NCBI GenBank assembly: GCA_965218975.1
Contig: OZ244717.1
Span: 640,001-704,000 of the forward strand
DNA length: 64,000 bases
Direction: 5' to 3'
DNA from: Candidatus Oxydemutatoraceae bacterium
GTDB taxonomy: Bacteria > Pseudomonadota > Gammaproteobacteria > Poriferisulfidales > Oxydemutatoraceae
Position 1 is the first letter of the stretch, and every line of letters starts with the position of its first letter. A program made the position numbers and the translations under genes. The notes under the pieces are model-generated. The model saw only the letters and a program-made list of their open reading frames with translations. It was not told the DNA's origin and did not search any database. This document shows positions 59,183 to 64,000 of the stretch, piece by piece.

Positions 59183-59387
59183 AGGGTGAGACGCGCCCGG
59201 AAAACCGAACGGTTTTCAGCGGCGAACGACCCGACAAGGACGTCGGGGCTGGGGCTTGTTGACAGAACCCAGTCGCGTCATGGGTGAGCCGCGCCCGGAA
59301 AACCAATTGGTTTTCAGCGGCGAACGACCCGACAAGGACGTCGGGGCTGGGGTTCATTAACAGCACAAAGTCTCGTCACGGATGACA
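59183..59387. repeat. ~205-bp dispersed two-unit element, copy B
   Basis: Reverse complement of 37556-37760 with shuffled unit variants. Confidence 0.85.
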
Positions 59388-59578
59388 TGTACTTTGCTAA
59401 TAATCCGGCACAATCCTCCGACAACCACCAACAAACAAAAACCCGCCACCAAACACAAAACGGTCCCAAATATTCCTGAGCTTATGCATTGCGTGCGTAA
59501 GCGTTGTAAACTCTTGCATGATATTCCCTAAAATAGGTTTTGTATCTCAATAACAACAACCATAAGCGGTGACCAATC

Positions 59579-60685
59579 ATGACAACCAAAGAACTAAGCG
59601 ACGACCTAGAACGAATCTTGAAACTCAATCCACCAGTAAAAAGGGCGGCATACAGTGATCGGATCGCATGGTTAATGGCGATATTCTCCGAGCTTGCCTA
59701 CACACGGTTCGATGAAGAAAACCAAGATTCCTTAATGAGTTTAGCTACCGAACTTGCAGCAATGACCGACGAGAAGAGTATTGCTCAAAAATTACGCACT
59801 TTGTCAAGTTTAGTACCTACCGAAGCCGATGCCGGTAATAAGATACTTCGATCCGTATTGGCTATTGGTGAGTTTGAATTGAAATGTGTGCTGAATAACT
59901 CGGGTACTGACACGCAAGGATTTATTGCCGTTCGAAAATCTGATGATGGCACAGGAATGGTCGTCTTGAGTTTCCGAGGCACGCAACAGATTAAGGATTG
60001 GATGACTAATTTACGTGTCGATAAGATTCCTATTAAGAAGACAGACCGGTCGGGCACTACAACTGTAGGAAATGTTCATAAAGGTTTTCATAAAGCGTTC
60101 GAATCAGTTGAAAGACAGATTCAAGATTGTCTAAACAATTGTGGTGATTTGCCAATTTACATCACCGGTCACTCTTTGGGGGGCGCTTTGGCCGTTCTTG
60201 CAACATGGTTCATCTCGGGTGAAAAGCTGGCTGCTTGCTACACATTCGGAGCGCCCAGAGTCGGCGACGAAAAGTTAATGAATCGCTTTTATACCCCCAT
60301 TTATCGCATCGTGAACGGCGCCGACCCGGTCCCTTTCGTGCCCCCGTCGGGAAAAATCATAGGACCCCTAAAGGCCATCGTGCGAGCTATTGGTGTGGTT
60401 ATCACCCCAATGGATGTATTGACGAATATGTTGGTCAAGTCCCAGGGATATCGTCATTATGGGTTCCAGCGTTACCTCTCAATCTGTGAAAAAGGAATAT
60501 CTGGAACATATCCGGGTCTTAGGAATGAGTACGGCATAGGAAGTGTTGAAAGACTATGGCGCTACGTTGGACGATTAGTACGGGGTGAAATCAAAGAACA
60601 AAAACGAATAGACAAGTACCACGATATTTCTATTTATCGCGATAAACTTAGAGCATTCGCTATCAAGAGACAAAATCAGAAGTGA
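59579..60685 (+). CDS. Class 3 lipase
   Basis: VLSFRGT, VHKGF, ITGHSLGGALA, YTFGAPRVG, RIVN..DPVP. Confidence 0.92.
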   Translation: MTTKELSDDLERILKLNPPVKRAAYSDRIAWLMAIFSELAYTRFDEENQDSLMSLATELAAMTDEKSIAQKLRTLSSLVPTEADAGNKILRSVLAIGEFELKCVLNNSGTDTQGFIAVRKSDDGTGMVVLSFRGTQQIKDWMTNLRVDKIPIKKTDRSGTTTVGNVHKGFHKAFESVERQIQDCLNNCGDLPIYITGHSLGGALAVLATWFISGEKLAACYTFGAPRVGDEKLMNRFYTPIYRIVNGADPVPFVPPSGKIIGPLKAIVRAIGVVITPMDVLTNMLVKSQGYRHYGFQRYLSICEKGISGTYPGLRNEYGIGSVERLWRYVGRLVRGEIKEQKRIDKYHDISIYRDKLRAFAIKRQNQK

Positions 60686-61080
60686 CCAGCATTGATGGTG
60701 GTGGTGCTCCTTCAAGAATGTAACATCCTCGCGGCATCGTGTGAAGTGGAGGGAACCATCTGCCAAGCCGGTGGATATTCACCGGTGTTTGCGTTCAACG
60801 TGGGGATATTGACTGCAAGGATAGACGATATCTGTCTTTGAGTATGCCCACTCACGCATAGGGCAGACATTAAAATAGATTACACAGATTGAGGTGGAAC
60901 AACGCAAGTTGATCTGGCATCGTGCTGCGCGTCAGCGGTGGAAAACAATCTACTGGAAGCCGGGCTGCGGCCGGACAACCGCATGACGTAAATGGAATGT
61001 GACACCGGCTAAAATTGCCGGTCACCTGAGCGCGTTAGAGCATAGCGTTAGGGCATAACTAACATTACGATATTGGTTAT

Positions 61081-61423
61081 TGTGCGTGTCCAATACATTC
61101 CGGACAAATGAGGCCCGGGTAAATAGAGCGGCTGCCGGGCAATGACTTGGCACGGAACCATATCGTTTAATCCCCGGTGGAGGTGCCCGCCGGGGTGCTC
61201 GCCGTTGTAACGTTGCGGGTAATCAATCATCTGCCGGTTAGACTCATTGATGTTTTCAAGTAATTGCGCTTCCCGGCAGGCTGTTACTCTTCGTCACCCT
61301 TCGTCAAATGTGCTCGGGTACACCCTGGTCCGTAGTTTCTCTCGAAACAGCAAGCCGATCACCGATCGGCAGGGAATACCATGTGTTGCGGCCGGAACAT
61401 GTTTGTCCCGGAATAGCAGAGCT
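61081..61423 (-). mobile_element. IS481-derived remnant / structured tail, copy 3
   Basis: Diverged copy of 50900-51242; homology stops exactly at the terminal TGT. Confidence 0.65.
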
Positions 61424-62809
61424 TCAAATTTCTGCCGGGCTTCGGTTCTTATCGTCGTCTCTGTTTTTATTGTATTCTTGAATCCATTGCTCGGCCTTTT
61501 CCTTTTTGTAATGGCCTGTCTCTGCGCCTGAGTCTTCGGGCAATTCATGACCCTCCGGTGATCCTACATGCTTTTCCAGTTTCTCCTTGAGGTCTTGAGC
61601 ATATTCTTTTCCTATGTATTCGGAGATACTTCCGATGATACGTTCCACACCCTCTTCGCTTAATCCGCCGGAAAAAACAACGGATGACAAATCCGAGTCC
61701 TCGCCTATGCGAGACTTAATCCTGTCCTCGAATGTTTGAGACAGATGCTCACCGCAAAACACACCTTGGAATTGTGCTCTCTCGAGATTCGCTCCTTGAA
61801 ATTGTGCTCCCTCAAGATACGCTCCCTGAAATTGTGCTACCCGAAGATCCGCTCCTTGAAATTGTGCTCCCTTAAGATCCGCTCCTTGAAATTGTGCTAC
61901 CCAGAGCTCCGCTCCTTGAAATTGTGCTCCCCAGAGCTTCGCTCCTTGAAATTGTGCTACCCGAAGATCCGCTCCTTGAAATTGTGCTCCCCAGAGCTTC
62001 GCTCCTTGAAATTGTGCTTCCCGGAGATCCGCTCCTTGAAATCGGGCGCCGCCATACGGTGTGACATCCAGTGCGACACCTCGAAAATAAGCTTCGGACA
62101 AGTCCGGTGTCAGGTCTTTCCAGAATTGTTTCAGTGTTTTTTCGGAGTGTATCTTTATTGTAAACAGCAATTCCAGCAGCGACCGGATTTCGATAGATGG
62201 CTTATTCGCATATTCCTCCCGGTATGCTGCTTCTGTACTCGTGGTCCCACGAATGTGTGCGCATAAGATTTCCGCAATGGATGCACGCAACCTTTCCTCG
62301 TCTAGGGCAAGGTAAAATAAGGCATAGGCCCCGCCGTGGCGTACAGATACATGTTCTTTTCCAAGGTGATCTACCGCATCGCGAAAACGCTGCTGACGGT
62401 GACCCTTCTCTGTTGCTTTGACGACATCGGCCTGAGCTTGGGCGGTCTTGTCCTGGGCTTGGGCGGTCTCGACCTGGGCTTGAGCGGTCTTGTTTAGTGC
62501 GGTGGCTCTTCGTAAGGCCGCCAGGACTGCCAGTGCGGAAACTAAACCGGCCAGAGCCAACGCCAGGGATTGAATAACATCCCGCTTATCTTCTACACCC
62601 AGGGAATAACATAAGAACGAGCCAAATTCGAGGCAGTCTTTAGGCACAAAAAACAACGTCAAGATAAGCAGTAGTAAAACTATCAAAACTAAAACCAGAA
62701 TAAGTATTTCTATCCATCGTTCAGGCCCACCGAGGAGACCGCGCAATCTTTTCATGCACCTGGTTCGGTAGGACCGAATCTTCTGCCTTAGGTCGGTGAG
62801 TTTATTCAT
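61424..62809 (-). CDS. Membrane-anchored pentapeptide-repeat protein, paralog 3
   Basis: Same architecture, 9 decamer units. Confidence 0.93.
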   Translation of the reverse strand: MNKLTDLRQKIRSYRTRCMKRLRGLLGGPERWIEILILVLVLIVLLLLILTLFFVPKDCLEFGSFLCYSLGVEDKRDVIQSLALALAGLVSALAVLAALRRATALNKTAQAQVETAQAQDKTAQAQADVVKATEKGHRQQRFRDAVDHLGKEHVSVRHGGAYALFYLALDEERLRASIAEILCAHIRGTTSTEAAYREEYANKPSIEIRSLLELLFTIKIHSEKTLKQFWKDLTPDLSEAYFRGVALDVTPYGGARFQGADLREAQFQGAKLWGAQFQGADLRVAQFQGAKLWGAQFQGAELWVAQFQGADLKGAQFQGADLRVAQFQGAYLEGAQFQGANLERAQFQGVFCGEHLSQTFEDRIKSRIGEDSDLSSVVFSGGLSEEGVERIIGSISEYIGKEYAQDLKEKLEKHVGSPEGHELPEDSGAETGHYKKEKAEQWIQEYNKNRDDDKNRSPAEI

Positions 62810-62819
62810 CTTTGAAGCA

Positions 62820-62887
62820 AAATTGGCTCATATAGAAACCTTTGATGCGGTGGCCGATGTGCTGATATTGCATATCGGTCACCTTTT
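62820..62887 (+). repeat. ~67-bp terminator-like dispersed repeat, copy B
   Basis: GGTGGCCGATGTGC...GCATATCGGTCACC-TTTT; similar to 35848-35914. Confidence 0.65.
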
Positions 62888-62978
62888 CGAGTCGTGCCGT
62901 GAGTCCCATATGTATCCGGCGACCGAACCACGCTCGTTGCAATCCTGTTCGGTGTTCAAGCAGCAAAAATAATGAGAC

Positions 62979-63170
62979 TTAACCGGTAAATCGCAGAGCG
63001 AGAAACAAGATCGTGTTGAGAACTCCAACCACAATAAAACAGATTTGCCAAACATCAGCCTTCGTCACAACATCATCAGTGTGCGCAAACATATCAGCAA
63101 CAGATTTGGCTTGTTCATCGCTGACATTTGGAATCTTCTTTAAGATTTCGTATAACTCAATTGTACTCAT
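62979..63170 (-). CDS. Small protein with C-terminal TM (DUF1640/CCDC90-like)
   Basis: ELYEILK....SDEQAK..A...DDVVTKAD plus hydrophobic tail. Confidence 0.65.
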   Translation of the reverse strand: MSTIELYEILKKIPNVSDEQAKSVADMFAHTDDVVTKADVWQICFIVVGVLNTILFLALRFTG

Positions 63171-63174
63171 GGTT

Positions 63175-63522
63175 TTATTTTTGTTGTTCTTGCTCTTCTT
63201 TTCTTTGTTGCTTTTGTTCTTCTTTCTCTAATTCTTCAAGTTGCTCAGCTTGTCTTTTATTAACTGTGCCTTTTTCCCCTTGTCGTATCAATCCTTTAAT
63301 TCCTTCGATTATCTCATTACCAAACCTCTCAAGCTGCCTACCTAAATCCTTCATTCGGTCCCACATAGATTTGTCTTTCTGATCTTTTACGTCTTCTTTG
63401 GAAGCTTCAGAGCCACCGCTACCATACTCCTCTCCTGCGGTCACCGCATCCTTTTGTGCAGACGTAGTAAAAGGGGTAATAACTAGTAAAATCGAAAAAA
63501 TCAAAATACAAGTTTTAGTCAT
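63175..63522 (-). CDS. Secreted charged coiled-coil protein
   Basis: Signal peptide ending ...TTSA; E/K/Q-rich. Confidence 0.65.
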   Translation of the reverse strand: MTKTCILIFSILLVITPFTTSAQKDAVTAGEEYGSGGSEASKEDVKDQKDKSMWDRMKDLGRQLERFGNEIIEGIKGLIRQGEKGTVNKRQAEQLEELEKEEQKQQRKEEQEQQK

Positions 63523-63807
63523 AATGACCGCTAGTATAGCATGTCCCTATTTTCCCCTTGATCAACGCGCCGTAGGCGCAAAGTCTGTTCCGGTTTCTCA
63601 TAATGTATAGGTCCATAACATTTGGCACGAGCCTTCGCGGCCCTCTCAGCCGACGAGCAAAGCGCCGAATTAGAAGGGATTAGGATACCTTCGCCTTCCG
63701 AATCGTCGCGCTACGGGCGAGTTTCGCTGCCGATTTTGCCTCGGAGAAGTGGAAACGGACGAAAACGCCGCGGGGCAGAGGGGCAGGCAACTCAAAGCCC
63801 GGACACG

Positions 63808-63834
63808 GAAAAGCCGCCCGAAGGCGGCTTTCTC
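63808..63834. terminator. Bidirectional terminator-like hairpin
   Basis: GAAAAGCCGCC-CGAA-GGCGGCTTTCTC. Confidence 0.75.
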
Positions 63835-63859
63835 ACGGGCCGGTCGGTAAAGGGCGAAA

Positions 63860-64000
63860 TTATTGATGCAGGGTAAGCACGGTAGAATAAACACCGATGA
63901 TGCTTGCAATCGTCACGATTGCACCGACGAAGATACCTATGACCCACTGAATCGTGGTGATTTTTACCGCGGCAATCTCGAGCTTCAGAGCATGCAGGCC
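63860..64000 (-). CDS. C-terminus of a coiled-coil/TM protein (partial)
   Basis: GLHALKLEIAAVKITTIQWVIGIFVGAIVTIASIIGVYSTVLTLHQ*. Confidence 0.6.
   Translation of the reverse strand, partial: GLHALKLEIAAVKITTIQWVIGIFVGAIVTIASIIGVYSTVLTLHQ

Noticed and set aside
61030-61065. Integron attC site (GCGTTAGAGCATA GCGTTAGGGCATA)
   Set aside because: No matching RYYYAAC inverse core with a proper stem and no integrase; looks like a 13-bp duplication
61082-61423. Group II intron 5' end (GTGCG) or retron ncRNA
   Set aside because: Other copies read GTACG, no domain V or RT is present, and the sequence is better explained as an IS481 terminus
51243-62809. Diversity-generating retroelement acting on the pentapeptide genes
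   Set aside because: No reverse transcriptase or template repeat in the window, and differences are not confined to adenines
63625-63730. Hammerhead ribozyme on the minus strand (CTGAGAG, GAAAC)
   Set aside because: Core elements are in the wrong order and spacing; no GAAA after stem II

Overview
Positions 1 to about 26409 hold most of a Mu-like transposable prophage on the minus strand. It includes the repressor, ner-like gene, MuA, MuB, gam, gemA, a Mor/C activator, lysis genes, terminase, portal, a MuF with a nuclease-like tail, head genes and a lambda-like non-contractile tail that runs off the window start. The rest is host chromosome, probably gammaproteobacterial: a PQQ dehydrogenase/cytochrome c/ExbB-like cluster, a porin, hydrolases, and radC-coaBC-dut-algC-argB-pyrE. 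A plastic region follows, with three paralogous membrane-anchored pentapeptide-repeat genes, small coiled-coil/TM ORFs, an IS1634 and a class-3 lipase. The most unusual signals are: (1) a ~100-nt antisense, pseudoknot-capable RNA element directly behind the MuF-nuclease gene, where an immunity gene would be expected; (2) an ~8.5-copy, 246-248-bp polymorphic tandem array built from the 3' end of a PQQ sugar-dehydrogenase gene, each unit carrying a fold-back; (3) pentapeptide paralogs that vary in a sharply localised zone, each followed by an IS481-derived structured tail with compensatory changes; and (4) repeated microhomology-bounded tandem duplications that create chimeric ORFs (lysozyme-Mor, pyrE-TM). 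All family assignments come from motif recognition and gene order by eye. No searches were run.
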